Assembly (NCBI GenBank): GCA_963760795.1
Contig: CAVXEP010000032.1
Span: 192,001-256,000, forward strand
Direction: 5' to 3'
Source: an uncultured delta proteobacterium
Lineage (GTDB): Bacteria > Desulfobacterota > Binatia > UBA9968
DNA length: 64,000 bases
Shown here one piece after another: positions 34,704-44,856 of the stretch. The notes under the pieces were generated by a model, which ran no database searches, was not told the origin of the DNA, and saw only the letters and a list, made by a program, of their open reading frames with translations. Made by a program: the position numbers and the translations under genes. Positions within the stretch are counted from its first letter, which is position 1; every line of letters starts with the position of its first letter.

Positions 34704-35570
34704 ATGGAACGGCTGCAAAAAATTATCGCGCGGGCGGGATTGGCTTCACGCCGGGAGGCGGAGCGCTGGATCGTCGAGGGACGCATCACGGTCAATGGGA
34801 CGGTGGTCGATAAGTTGGGTTCGCAAGCCGATCCCTTCAAAGACAGTATCAAGATCGATGGCAAGCGGGTGAAGTCGGCCGCGGAGCCGCTTTATTACGC
34901 GCTGCACAAACCGCCTGGCGTCATTACCACCTTGAACGATCCGCAGCACCGGCCGGACATCACGCCGTATGTCGCGCGCCTGGGCGAAAAAAAGCGGCTC
35001 TTTCCGGTGGGCCGCTTGGACTACAACACCACGGGGTTGTTGCTCTTGACCAATGACGGCGATCTGGCCATGCGCATTGCCCATCCCAGGTATGGTATTC
35101 CAAAGCTCTATCAGGTGAAGTTGAGCGCTTGTCCGACCGAGGACGATTTCGCGATTTTGCGCAAAGGCATCCGCTTGGAAGACGGCATGACCGCTCCGGC
35201 GCGGGTGCGGGTGATCGAGAAACTGCGTAAAAACGCCTGGGTCGAGATCGAAGTCCATGAGGGCAAGAAGCGCGAGGTGCGCCGGATGTTCGAAGCACTC
35301 AATTACTTCGTCGAGAAACTCATTCGCGTCAAGGTCGGACCGATTGAATTGGGCGCACTACCGGTCGGCGAGTTGCGGCCGTTGTATCAAAGCGAAGTGA
35401 CGGCGCTTAAAATTGCCGTTGGTCTGGCCAAGCCAGGTCGATCAGGCGTTGAGCGCCGCCCTGTGATCACGCCAAAAAAAAGCGGCGGCTTCAACAGCCG
35501 CCGCTCCACTTACTCGAATAAACCGCCGGCGTTTAGTGGCGCAAGGAACAGAACTCCTCGTAGTCGATAA
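34704..35570 (+). CDS. rluB: 23S rRNA pseudouridine synthase (RluB/RsuA family)
   Basis: S4 domain ERLQKIIARAGLASRRE; VGRLDYNTTGLLLLTNDG; follows scpB. Confidence 0.9.
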   Translation: MERLQKIIARAGLASRREAERWIVEGRITVNGTVVDKLGSQADPFKDSIKIDGKRVKSAAEPLYYALHKPPGVITTLNDPQHRPDITPYVARLGEKKRLFPVGRLDYNTTGLLLLTNDGDLAMRIAHPRYGIPKLYQVKLSACPTEDDFAILRKGIRLEDGMTAPARVRVIEKLRKNAWVEIEVHEGKKREVRRMFEALNYFVEKLIRVKVGPIELGALPVGELRPLYQSEVTALKIAVGLAKPGRSGVERRPVITPKKSGGFNSRRSTYSNKPPAFSGARNRTPRSR

Positions 35571-36702
35571 GTTCCTTGATCGTCGGGTTGTCGCCGCACA
35601 TCGGACAGTTGGGATCGCGCCGCAGCTTAAGCGTGTTGATCTCCATGGTCAGAGTGTTGAAATGCAGCAGCCGGCCGACCAAGCTGTCGCCTTTGCCGAG
35701 AATTAGCTTCACCGCTTCCAACGCTTCAATAACGCCAATCAATCCGGGAAGCACACCTAGGACGCCGGCTTCGGCGCAGCTCGGCGCCATTTCCGCCGGA
35801 GGCGGCTCGGGGTACAAGCAGCGATAGCAGGGGCCTTTGCCCGGATAAAAAACCGTCGCCTGTCCCTCGAACTGAAATATACTGCCATGGACGTTAGGCT
35901 TGCCGGCGAGCACGCAAGCGTCATTGACGAGATAGCGCGTCGGAAAATTATCGCAACCGTCGAGCACCAGGTCATAGTCCTTCAAGATCTCCATGATATT
36001 CTCCGACGTGAGCTTGGCTTGATAGGGCACCACCTTCACATCGGGATTTAACCCTTCCAAAGTTTTCTTCGCCGACTCGACCTTGGGCATGCCGACGCGG
36101 TCGTTGGCGTGCAGGATCTGCCGCTGCAAGTTGGAAATATCGACCACGTCGTTGTCGATAATACCGAGAGTGCCAACACCAGCCGCCGCAAGATAGTAAG
36201 CTGCAGGCGAGCCCAGGCCGCCGGCGCCAACCAGCAAGACTTTTGCTTGGAGCAATTTAGCCTGGCCGTCTTCGCCGACTTCCGGCAGGAGAAAATGGCG
36301 GCTGTATCGGATCAGTTGCTCTGGCGTATACTGAAAGTCTTGCACCCACTTGAAGCCGCCGTTCTTCCAGGCGCCGTAACCACCGGCCATGGAAGTGACG
36401 TTTTGATAGCCCATCTCACGCATGACTTTGGCGGCCAATAGCGAGCGCACGCCGCCGGCACAATAGGCGACGATCGGCGTGTTCTTGTCGGGAATGGCGG
36501 TTTCGACTTTGATTTCGAGAAAGCCGCGGGGCAATGGAATCGCTCCCTCCAGATGACCCTGGCGCCACTCGTCGCTCTCACGAACATCAAGTAAAACCGG
36601 CGACTTGCCGTTGTTTTTCAACAGTTCGCTGACTTGCTGTGGCGACGCTTCGGGGATCTCCTTGCGCGCCTCGGCCATGATATCTTGAAAACTCTTGGCC
36701 AT
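35533..36702 (-). CDS. moeB: Rhodanese + MoeB/ThiF adenylyltransferase (MoeZ-like)
   Basis: LDVRESDEW..YCAGGVRS; RYSRH, GAGGLGSP, SNLQRQ, CYRC, CPMC. Confidence 0.92.
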   Translation of the reverse strand: MAKSFQDIMAEARKEIPEASPQQVSELLKNNGKSPVLLDVRESDEWRQGHLEGAIPLPRGFLEIKVETAIPDKNTPIVAYCAGGVRSLLAAKVMREMGYQNVTSMAGGYGAWKNGGFKWVQDFQYTPEQLIRYSRHFLLPEVGEDGQAKLLQAKVLLVGAGGLGSPAAYYLAAAGVGTLGIIDNDVVDISNLQRQILHANDRVGMPKVESAKKTLEGLNPDVKVVPYQAKLTSENIMEILKDYDLVLDGCDNFPTRYLVNDACVLAGKPNVHGSIFQFEGQATVFYPGKGPCYRCLYPEPPPAEMAPSCAEAGVLGVLPGLIGVIEALEAVKLILGKGDSLVGRLLHFNTLTMEINTLKLRRDPNCPMCGDNPTIKELIDYEEFCSLRH

Positions 36703-36965
36703 GTTTCCTCCTAGATGGACCTTAGAGGTCTAAGTTATGTCTCGGTATGCTCAAAGTCAAGGTCGTGTGTTCGTGCGGCAGGCGCAATTCCATTTTGACG
36801 CCGTGACAATCTTTGACAAATAAAGTCGTTACCATGCCTTCGTTAGATTCTTGTAAGAGCGCGATGTAGTCCAAGCGCTAGTTCATGTGTCGCCGCAAAA
36901 TTTAATGAATGTGAAAGTAACCGGAAAGGGTTTCCACCGTCAAGCCGTCTAGCCTCTCAGGGTTG

Positions 36966-37241
36966 TCAGGGTGCACTACTCTGACGCGCGAAGCCGCTTC
37001 TCTCTAATTGACGGGCGCAGGCCTCGACGGTGTCGGCAAGCATATCGCGATCGGCCCGGCCCAGATCGCGGGCTTCACAGTTAAGCGTGGTGTTGGTCTG
37101 GGCATTGAACATTTTGATCGACAGCGGGCGCTGTCCGACGGCACAGCCATGGAGTAGGGTTAGGAAAATTACCAGTGCAGCCGGGAAAAAAATCGCCGTG
37201 AGCCTGGTTTGTGGTCTTTGCCGCGCTGTTTTTCGTTTCAT
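36966..37241 (-). CDS. Small lipoprotein
   Basis: Basic N-terminus, hydrophobic stretch, LHGC lipobox. Confidence 0.6.
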   Translation of the reverse strand: MKRKTARQRPQTRLTAIFFPAALVIFLTLLHGCAVGQRPLSIKMFNAQTNTTLNCEARDLGRADRDMLADTVEACARQLERSGFARQSSAP

Positions 37242-37353
37242 AAAGTCGCAATCACGCCTCGCTGGCTGAATGTCGCCGCCTCGAGTGACCCGCGTTCGCC
37301 ATTGATGGTAACAAATAGCCGAGCCAACGACAAAACAACACTGGCTTTCGCCA

Positions 37354-37402
37354 AGAAAACCTATTCGCCCCCGTAGCTCAGGTGGATAGAGCGCAGGATT
37401 CC
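37354..37402 (+). repeat. Displaced 5' half of tRNA-Arg(CCT) plus 13 bp upstream (att site)
   Basis: 49 bp, one mismatch versus 39932-39980; ends inside the anticodon loop (..caggattcc). Confidence 0.9.
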
Positions 37403-39980
37403 CAAGAAAGTTCAGCCGTCCAACTCGGTTAACTTCCGTTCAAGTCAGCTAGGAAATACGATTTGTGTTAATGCATTTCAGTTGAAGTGCCATTGGCACG
37501 GCGGTTGGCACAAAGGGCTGATGCTATCACAGCTACTTGTGTCGCTATGTCGCGCCGCAGCGAAGTCGAACGGAACCGCCAGCAAGCCTATGGCAGAGCC
37601 GCGAAGACGCCAAGCCGGACTTACTCGGCTGCGTTTGCTCATATCCCGCTATTCCTTAATCTCCAGCACCATCGTCGCCACGTTCTTATTGACGGCAATG
37701 AACGGGCTTCCCATTTCTCGTTAGGATCGGGTCAGGCCTCTACCCTCGTCTTAATCAGTGCAAGGACCTGAACTTCTCATTTGTTTAGTAGGTCAGACAG
37801 GTGGGAACTATAGCCAACCTCGCCAGCCATCGGGAAGAACAGCGTCCGGCGAATCTTGTAGGTGTCAGTGAGTAACTTAACGTCAACTCGTTTGCACTTA
37901 GAGGTGCCTGGGCCATGGTGCCGCATTATTGCTGCGTTGGACTGGCTACAAGTGGTGGCACGCATATCGCCGCCCGCACCGGCGAGTCAACTTGTGCTAT
38001 GAGACGACTGAAACACCGGAGAATTAACCCTCGATGAGGCGCGTGCTGGCTATGCTTTTGGTTACGTTTCTTTCACGGCATCCAACCGTCTGAACGAAAT
38101 CTGTAGCTTGTATCGCCTGCCCATTAAAAGTCTCTCCTGAGATTGAAACGCTGCTATCGCCGCATTGGATACCACTTTGCGAAATGTTGAAACGCAGAAT
38201 CAAGTCATCGAGACCGTCTCCATTAACATCCCTAAAACGCCCCTTTCCATCGATATCTGAAACCTGATTAGGTCCGAATCTCACAGTCTCTGGATCAATT
38301 GCGCGAGCGTCAAAACTTGTGGAGCTAAGGATGGCGACAGGACTATCGCTTCTGCTTGGATTGACCGTATTGGCAGGGTCGTTGGGTTGAAAATCGAGAG
38401 CAACATTCAAGGGGCCAGTCTGAAACTCGACCGCGCCGATGTCGCAGGTTGCCACGCGGAAAAAGCCAAGCTGATCGGTCTGTGGACAGGCGGCTGAATT
38501 ACCTGCGCCGATCGCCGGACTGTCGGAGAGGAGCGGGAAATATCCAAGCCCCGGTTCGCCGTTGTCGGTAAAGGGACCCAATTTTGGATCACCGATGAAA
38601 TCGGTTGGCTGTAGTTCAACAGTGCAGCCAATGAGGTCGTCGAATAAGTTGTTGCCTAGCGAGGTAATTTCACCGTCGCAATTGGGCCCTCCAACGAAAG
38701 GGGCACTGGAAGTATTTTTTGCCAGGATCGTGTTTTGTAGGATCATTGAGTCGTTGTTTTGAACGTCATTGGCTATGCCGCCAGTACGGGGGAAAGCTAT
38801 AGCGGTGAACGACAAATTTTCCGCAATCGTGCCATTGGTGATACGAACAAGCCCAAGTATATTGCGAATGCCGCCGACACCAATCCCAGAATTGTTAGCA
38901 ATCGTCGTATTTATAATGGTCATTTCTCCGCTGGAGTTTAAAATACCGCCCGTGCGATCGCCGATATTGTTGGTTATGGTCGTATCCCTTATGGTTACAA
39001 GACCAGTGTCATTACTTATGCCTCCTACATGATGAAATCCACTGTTGCGGGCGACGCTGCTACCGGTAATAGTTAAAGTACCATGATTCGCGATACCGGC
39101 GCCGCCGAATTCATCAGCCGTGTTTCTTTCTATCACGCTGTTCGTTACGGTCGCCGTACCAAGATTGAATAGTCCAGCACCGCCACGTAAGGTATCGCCT
39201 TGCGTAAGAACCAGCGCATCGAGAGTAACTATTGCGCCAACCGCGACGTGAAAGATACGGAAGCGAGGCGCGTTGACATCCCTCTGTATTACGGCTTCCC
39301 CTGGTGAGCCACCACGGATCGTCAATTTCCCCGTTATAATCGGTAAACCATTTGGGCCATCGTTGTCGTTATCGACCTGCGTCAATGTATAGGTTCCAGG
39401 ATCGAGAAGTATCGTGTGCGGTCCCACCTTGAGATTGGCTTTGTTGATGGCTGCGATTAAGCAAGTCACATTACCCGATGAGCAGTGGAATTTAGCGGCG
39501 TGGAGCGGCGCCGACACTCCAAATATCAGTATGATTATGGCGAGAGTGAATACAGTCATACTTTACCCTCCGGTCCTTACTGAATGATTGAACCGCGAGC
39601 CATATCGTAGGGCCGCCAGGGAGTCAACCTATTTATGACTTAGGAAGAAACGCCGTCATGGACAGCCAAACCGCATCGAACCTACTGCAAACGGCTAAAG
39701 ATCGTTGCCGCACCGAAAGCTCGATGCACCACAAACCCATGCTGCGCGTGATACTCTTGAAGCGCGTGCCAGCGTCAAGTGGCCAGTTCCGTGAAGCGCT
39801 AAAGAATAAGCCCGGTTAAGGCTGGGAAATTGAGGGGCGCCGTCACCCTAAGGAAACGCTGGCGTGAAATTGGTTGACACAATCGGCACAGGGCCGAGGA
39901 TGGTAGAAAAATTACGTAGCTGATATATAACAGAAAACCTATCCGCCCCCGTAGCTCAGGTGGATAGAGCGCAGGATTCC
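37403..39980. mobile_element. Mini-island integrated at tRNA-Arg with 5'-half duplication; no integrase
   Basis: Bounded by 49-bp direct repeats. TTGGCAC x2 at 37493/37505 and TGACACA/CGGCACA at 39875/39884 resemble arm sites. Confidence 0.75.
38024..39559 (-). CDS. Secreted beta-helix (choice-of-anchor Q / Pmp-like) protein
   Basis: Signal peptide, GGAGI.N.G repeats, LQNTILA.N, SPAIGAG..C...DQ.G..R...CDIGAVE, C-terminal DVNGDGLDDL. Confidence 0.85.
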   Translation of the reverse strand: MTVFTLAIIILIFGVSAPLHAAKFHCSSGNVTCLIAAINKANLKVGPHTILLDPGTYTLTQVDNDNDGPNGLPIITGKLTIRGGSPGEAVIQRDVNAPRFRIFHVAVGAIVTLDALVLTQGDTLRGGAGLFNLGTATVTNSVIERNTADEFGGAGIANHGTLTITGSSVARNSGFHHVGGISNDTGLVTIRDTTITNNIGDRTGGILNSSGEMTIINTTIANNSGIGVGGIRNILGLVRITNGTIAENLSFTAIAFPRTGGIANDVQNNDSMILQNTILAKNTSSAPFVGGPNCDGEITSLGNNLFDDLIGCTVELQPTDFIGDPKLGPFTDNGEPGLGYFPLLSDSPAIGAGNSAACPQTDQLGFFRVATCDIGAVEFQTGPLNVALDFQPNDPANTVNPSRSDSPVAILSSTSFDARAIDPETVRFGPNQVSDIDGKGRFRDVNGDGLDDLILRFNISQSGIQCGDSSVSISGETFNGQAIQATDFVQTVGCRERNVTKSIASTRLIEG

Positions 39981-40018
39981 TAATCCTGAGGCCGCGCGTT
40001 CGAATCGCGCCGGGGGCA
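39945..40018 (+). tRNA. tRNA-Arg (CCT)
   Basis: GCCCCCG acceptor stem, D-loop AGGTGGATA, anticodon arm CAGGA-TTCCTAA-TCCTG, T-arm GCGCG-TTCGAAT-CGCGC; CCA not encoded. Confidence 0.97.
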
Positions 40019-40038
40019 TTTTTAAGCAGTCGGAATGT

Positions 40039-40076
40039 AAGGGGAAAGCTGGAAACGGTTTTCCCTTTTTCTTTTT
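40039..40076 (+). terminator. Terminator after the tRNA
   Basis: AAGGGGAAAGCTG-gaaa-CGGTTTTCCCTT followed by T-rich sequence. Confidence 0.7.
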
Positions 40077-40086
40077 CAAGTTCACC

Positions 40087-40112
40087 AAGGTCAACAAAAG
40101 GTCAACATGACG
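40087..40112. repeat. Arm-type integrase site pair near attL
   Basis: AAGGTCAACAAAAGGTCAACATGACG; near-identical copy at 52571-52596; related AAGTCAACA x2 at 40246-40265. Confidence 0.7.
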
Positions 40113-40291
40113 GTGCGTCGGGGTTTCGCATCGACGCACTTGCTCGCCTTGGCCATGATCCGCGATTCTTACTCGCGAACCGACCCAGGATTGTCAATGC
40201 TGCGCTTGAAAAAAACTCTTGTGATTTCTGCAAGTTGAAAAGAGCAAGTCAACATCAAGTCAACAGAGTACAAAACGGTGTTGAGACAAGC

Positions 40292-40744
40292 ATGAACCCA
40301 GCACAGAACGGCAAGACAAAGCCCCGGACCTACTCGAAGCATGGCCTTACTACCTTGAAGCGAGCCGTTAACGGGCTTGGTAACCGTGTGATCGACAAGA
40401 GGACGGCAACGGGCAAAGCCTTGGCTAAATGGCGCGCTGACTTGATTGAGGATCTCGGCGGCGACGACACCATTAGTACCCAACGAGTGGCGCTCATAGA
40501 TCTTGCCGTCAAATCCAAGCTTCTGTTGGATAGCATCGACACATGGTTACTCACCCAACCAACGCTTGTGAATGTCCGCAAGCGCTCGCTCATCCCGATC
40601 GTGCTTCAACGCCAGACCCTAGCCGATGGACTGGCGCGCTATCTGACACAGCTCGGCCTTGAGCGCCGGCACAAAGTCAAAACCATCACCGATCTACTCA
40701 ACGGCCATGATGAAACCAGGCCGGAGACCGAGACAAGGCAATGA
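40292..40744 (+). CDS. Probable terminase small subunit
   Basis: SKHGL motif, helical core, C-terminal LTQLGLERR; upstream of and coupled to terL through a short ORF. Confidence 0.55.
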   Translation: MNPAQNGKTKPRTYSKHGLTTLKRAVNGLGNRVIDKRTATGKALAKWRADLIEDLGGDDTISTQRVALIDLAVKSKLLLDSIDTWLLTQPTLVNVRKRSLIPIVLQRQTLADGLARYLTQLGLERRHKVKTITDLLNGHDETRPETETRQ

Positions 40745-41004
40745 CCATGCTCGCGACTGAGCCTGTCACAAGCGCAGAGCACGTAGCGTGCGCCAGAACT
40801 GCGTTAACGGCACCAGACAGCCACTCTCACGCGTGTGCTAATCCTTTCTGCAAGGCTTCAATGGGTGAGGCATCGCCACAGGGGAAGCATCGCCTTTATT
40901 GCTGTGACCGTTGCCGGCTGGATGCCTACGCACTGCGGCGGGCTAGAGCTCTGCTAAATCAATTCGGCATAGTTCGATTTCACAGTCTCTTGGATCAAGT
41001 ATGA
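40741..41004 (+). CDS. Small Cys-rich (zinc-finger-like) protein
   Basis: CANPFC...YCCDRCR; ATGA overlaps on both sides. Confidence 0.6.
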   Translation: MTMLATEPVTSAEHVACARTALTAPDSHSHACANPFCKASMGEASPQGKHRLYCCDRCRLDAYALRRARALLNQFGIVRFHSLLDQV

Positions 41005-43070
41005 AAATAATTCACCCGCTAACCGTCATCGACCAGCTGATCAAGAAGAACGAGCTAGGCCAGCCCTTCACCCTCATGGATCACCAGCGGGAAGTCTTGC
41101 GGCTGGCGTTCGACTTCGACAAAGACGGCCGGCTTCCTTGGGATACGATCATTTACAGCTGCATCAAGAAGAGCGGCAAGACCACGTTGAACGGCGCCAT
41201 CACCCTGGCATGGGGCTTTACCCAAGAGGCACCGAACGAGATTCTTATACTCGCCAACGACCTTGAGCAAACCCTGGCGCGCGTGTTCAAGACCATGGAA
41301 GGCATCATCCAGCATAACCCCGAGCTCCAGCGCGAAGCCGAAGTACAGGCCCGCAATATCTACCTGGCCAATCTGACCACCATCACGGCGATCAGTGGCG
41401 ACTATCAGGGCGCCGCGGGTTCTAATCATGGCTTTGTTTCCTATGACGAGCTGTGGGGCTACACCAGCGAAGCATCAACGCGTTTATGGGAAGAACTCAC
41501 ACCGGTGCCCACGCGCAAGAACTCGATTCGTTTCATTACCACCTATGCCGGCTTCGAGGGCGAGTCAAAACTGTTGTGGGATCTTTACAAGCAGGTGGTA
41601 AGCAAGGACGAACACCCCGAGGGGCAAGGCGAGCGGCTACACCCGGATTTACCGATCTTCGCCAATCGCGAAGCCAGGATCTTCGCCTATTGGGACCACG
41701 AACCGCGCATGGCTTGGCAGACTCAGGAATATTACCAGAGCCAGAAGAAAACCCTGCGGCCTGGAACCTATCTTCGCCTGCATGAAAACAAGTGGGCTAG
41801 TGCAGAGCAGATATTCATCACCGGCGAAATGTGGGACCCCTGCGTCGATCAATCCCATAGCCCGACTACCACCAGCCGCGAACCGTTATTTGTTGGCGTC
41901 GACATTGGCATCAAGCACGACAATGCGGCACGCGTCGCTGTTCGGTGGGATGAGGCCGGCGAGAAGTTGATACTTGTCAGCCATCGAATCTGGAAGCCGA
42001 CAGCAAGCCAGCCCCTAGACCTGGAAAACACCGTTGAGCAGGATCTCCGCGACCTGCACGATCACTGCGACGTCGTTGAATGTTTGGCCGACCCGTACCA
42101 GTTCCATCGGTCCATGACCACGCTACAGGCGGCCGGGTTGCCTATCCGCGAGTTTGCTCAGACCACTGCCAACACGACCTTGATGGGTCAAACCCTATTC
42201 GAGCTGCTCACCGGCAAGAATCTGGTGATCTATCCATCCGACGAGTTGAGACAGCAAGCCCTCTCGACCGTGGCGATTGAGAATCCCCGCGGCTGGCGCA
42301 TCGCCAAGGAAAAGTCATCGAAGAAGATCGACGCCATTGTCGCCTTGACCATGGCCTGTGTCGCCGCCATGGCTCACCGTGGCGAAGTCGGCGCGAGAGT
42401 GGCCCGGGGCTTCAACCGATCGCAGCACGTACCACAGGAAGGCATTGCTGCCGCAGGCGGGCCGGTATTCATCGGCCAGGTGTTTGGCGATTGTCCGTCA
42501 ACGGTGATTGTTCAAGCGGAGAATAGCGGCCAGGTGCGCGTATTGGCCGCGTTTGCCAGCGACGGCATGAGCCTGCGCCGGCACATTGAAACCACCGTTC
42601 GCCCCTGGTTATCCATCCATGCGCGGCAGGTGTTCAGTAATCGCCGCTTACTCTTGGGCACCCATGACGATACAGAGAGCTGGGACCTCATAGAGATCCT
42701 CGAAGAGCTACTAGGGGGAAGATGGGAACCTCCGACAAGCCCATGGGACAGCCGCAAAGACGCCATTCTGGATTTGCTCGCCAAGGCCACGCCTTTTAAT
42801 TTCACCCCCATGCTTCAGATCGATAGGACCAATGCACGGCTGGTTGTCGACGCGTTAAGCGGCCGGTGGAGCTATCACAAGGAACGCACCGACCGGCAGA
42901 ACACTTTCTACCATGTCGCCAACGCGTTGAGCCTGGCGATTTCACGGATCGCGCCGGAAACGGCTAACCGCAACCGCGAACCGTTCACGGTGAATATGAA
43001 ATTCAACCCTAGAAAGCCCCCGCAAGCGACAACGACCAACAGCCGATTTAATGTTTTTGGGCGGCGATAA
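41001..43070 (+). CDS. terL: Terminase large subunit with an extra C-terminal RNase H-like domain
   Basis: HQREVL (Q motif), KKSGKT (Walker A), VSYDELW (Walker B), ITTYAG, VGVDIGIKHD, KIDAIVA, then about 230 extra aa. Confidence 0.88.
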   Translation: MKIIHPLTVIDQLIKKNELGQPFTLMDHQREVLRLAFDFDKDGRLPWDTIIYSCIKKSGKTTLNGAITLAWGFTQEAPNEILILANDLEQTLARVFKTMEGIIQHNPELQREAEVQARNIYLANLTTITAISGDYQGAAGSNHGFVSYDELWGYTSEASTRLWEELTPVPTRKNSIRFITTYAGFEGESKLLWDLYKQVVSKDEHPEGQGERLHPDLPIFANREARIFAYWDHEPRMAWQTQEYYQSQKKTLRPGTYLRLHENKWASAEQIFITGEMWDPCVDQSHSPTTTSREPLFVGVDIGIKHDNAARVAVRWDEAGEKLILVSHRIWKPTASQPLDLENTVEQDLRDLHDHCDVVECLADPYQFHRSMTTLQAAGLPIREFAQTTANTTLMGQTLFELLTGKNLVIYPSDELRQQALSTVAIENPRGWRIAKEKSSKKIDAIVALTMACVAAMAHRGEVGARVARGFNRSQHVPQEGIAAAGGPVFIGQVFGDCPSTVIVQAENSGQVRVLAAFASDGMSLRRHIETTVRPWLSIHARQVFSNRRLLLGTHDDTESWDLIEILEELLGGRWEPPTSPWDSRKDAILDLLAKATPFNFTPMLQIDRTNARLVVDALSGRWSYHKERTDRQNTFYHVANALSLAISRIAPETANRNREPFTVNMKFNPRKPPQATTTNSRFNVFGRR

Positions 43071-43106
43071 AAAACTACACCATACAGGAGGGCTTACCAA
43101 GCGATA

Positions 43107-43135
43107 TTGACGCGCCTCGTGGGCGCGAATAGAAT
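43107..43135 (+). promoter_or_regulatory. Sigma70 promoter of the cargo nuclease gene
   Basis: TTGACG, 17 bp spacer, TAGAAT. Confidence 0.6.
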
Positions 43136-43175
43136 CGCGCCTCTAAGCCAAAATCAAATCTAGAGAGGCGCGCGC

Positions 43176-44012
43176 ATGGCTGAATTTGACGCGGAGTCGT
43201 TGCGAAAGGATGTAAACAAGTCGGGATTTCCTTTCCAGCTCAAAGTCGCCGACCAAATAAATTCTGCAAAACCTAAGCACCCCTGGTCAGTTGAATCCTC
43301 GGAACACTCTTGGGTCGATCCGGAATCAGGGAGTCGAGGGTTTATTGATCTAGTTCTCGCACACGAAACCTCCAACGGGTTAAAGCTCATTGTCGAATGC
43401 AAGCGTCCGCTCGGCGGCCGTTGGATTTTTTTAGTTGATAGGAAGGCAACCCCACAGTCCATGATTAAAAGCTTCTGGGCGTCCGGGGATAGCCCGCCGA
43501 AAAGCGGTTGGGACGACTTGCCATTTCAGCCCGTATCGCTTGAGGCTTCGGATTGCATAATTGCCGGACAGGACGAACGATCACCTTTACTTGAACGACT
43601 TGCTGATGGACTTCTACAGTCAATTAACGGCGTATCCGACCAAGAGCAGAAAATATTTGAGCGCTATCGTCGCTGCTCGCTCAGAATTTATATTCCCGTA
43701 ATAGTTACCGCCGCTGAGCTATTCGTCTGTTATGTTGACCCCACGTCGGAAATCTCAATCGATGGGGTGCTAGCCAAATCCGTAACATTCGAGTCGGTAG
43801 ACCATATTCGCTTCCGAAAGAGCCTCGCGAGTAAACTAAATTACCGCGAGATTTCCCACACCTTGCGCGGGGAAAACCTCCAAAAGGCGCGGAGCGTGTG
43901 GATTTTTAATGCTAACAATCTTGTGGAGTCGCTTCGCCAGTTAGATCTGATTCGTCCCACTAAGCGGGAATTGGCTATCGGTTTGGGGCACCCCTGGCCG
44001 TGGGCCATATAA
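43176..44012 (+). CDS. PD-(D/E)XK restriction-endonuclease-fold protein
   Basis: SGFPFQLKV, RGFIDLVL...LIVECKR, IPVIVT. Confidence 0.7.
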   Translation: MAEFDAESLRKDVNKSGFPFQLKVADQINSAKPKHPWSVESSEHSWVDPESGSRGFIDLVLAHETSNGLKLIVECKRPLGGRWIFLVDRKATPQSMIKSFWASGDSPPKSGWDDLPFQPVSLEASDCIIAGQDERSPLLERLADGLLQSINGVSDQEQKIFERYRRCSLRIYIPVIVTAAELFVCYVDPTSEISIDGVLAKSVTFESVDHIRFRKSLASKLNYREISHTLRGENLQKARSVWIFNANNLVESLRQLDLIRPTKRELAIGLGHPWPWAI

Positions 44013-44032
44013 AAAACTTCAGGCGCCGACCC

Positions 44033-44287
44033 CTACGCCCGCGGGTGCGACTTACCGTCGATACGGCGATTTCCGGGTTTGCCGTCCAATAACTCGCCCG
44101 TTTCCTCCCGCTCGCGCAGAAGTTCAGAGTAGCAAGTGTCAACGATCAGCCTGGCGAGTTCCAGACCGATCAACTCAGCTACATCGGGGTTCTCCAACTC
44201 GAAGTTGTGTACATTCAGTGTCGTTAGCTCCACCACTGAGTTGTTGGGGCGCTGATATAGGACGCAAGCGCCAGGCGCGGTAAGCAC
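44033..44287 (-). CDS. Hypothetical protein (possibly a fragment)
   Basis: 84-aa ORF, no recognised motif. Confidence 0.35.
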   Translation of the reverse strand: MLTAPGACVLYQRPNNSVVELTTLNVHNFELENPDVAELIGLELARLIVDTCYSELLREREETGELLDGKPGNRRIDGKSHPRA

Positions 44288-44302
44288 TAAAATGGGATCC
44301 GT

Positions 44303-44487
44303 TCAAAGAATGGCATAGGCAAGGCTTAATATCGCGGTAAAATAAGTTAGCCAGAAAGTTAGAAATGGCCAGTTAAACTTTTGTTCGATTGGCTGGATTC
44401 TGCTTGGCTGAATTTTACTTGGACGATGTCGTGATGTGGTCCGGAAGCCGCCAGGTGTTGGGCTCTGCGCCAGCGTTGTTTTCATCT
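44303..44487 (-). CDS. Small protein with C-terminal TM helix
   Basis: GAGAGGAG RBS before MKTTLAQ; tail NWPFLTFWLTYFTAILSLAYAIL. Confidence 0.5.
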
Positions 44488-44856
44488 TGTTTCTCCTCTC
44501 TGACAAGAACATACGCAATGGATATGCCAGATTCATAACCGCCTAATCTTACAGGATTACTGCTTCACAGATAGGGGAGACAAAGTTCCATTGCAGGTGC
44601 AAATTTGGGAATCTGTCAGTGTTCTTCCTACACTAACCATCGATATAATATCTTGTCGTCCGAGGAATTATCGTGGCTGGGTGTGAAGTGCGAACGGCCT
44701 TTGCCGTTTCCGATATGATGATTGCCCGCCGTTGTATTCGATTGCAGCTTATCTCGGAATCGTTGTCCGACGGTATGGCGTAGGCGCGAGAATCTGTAGC
44801 GCTACGATGAGAAAAGTGAATTTACGGGATCTTCGGCAGTCTAACCGCACGACTGG

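Noticed and set aside
37560-37965. Decayed integrase within the mini-island
   Set aside because: No R-H-R-H-Y motif remnants found in the frames I could read.
39874-39930. TTGACA as the -35 of a tRNA promoter
   Set aside because: No -10 element at 16-18 bp; it coincides with an arm-like repeat, so the promoter remains unlocated.
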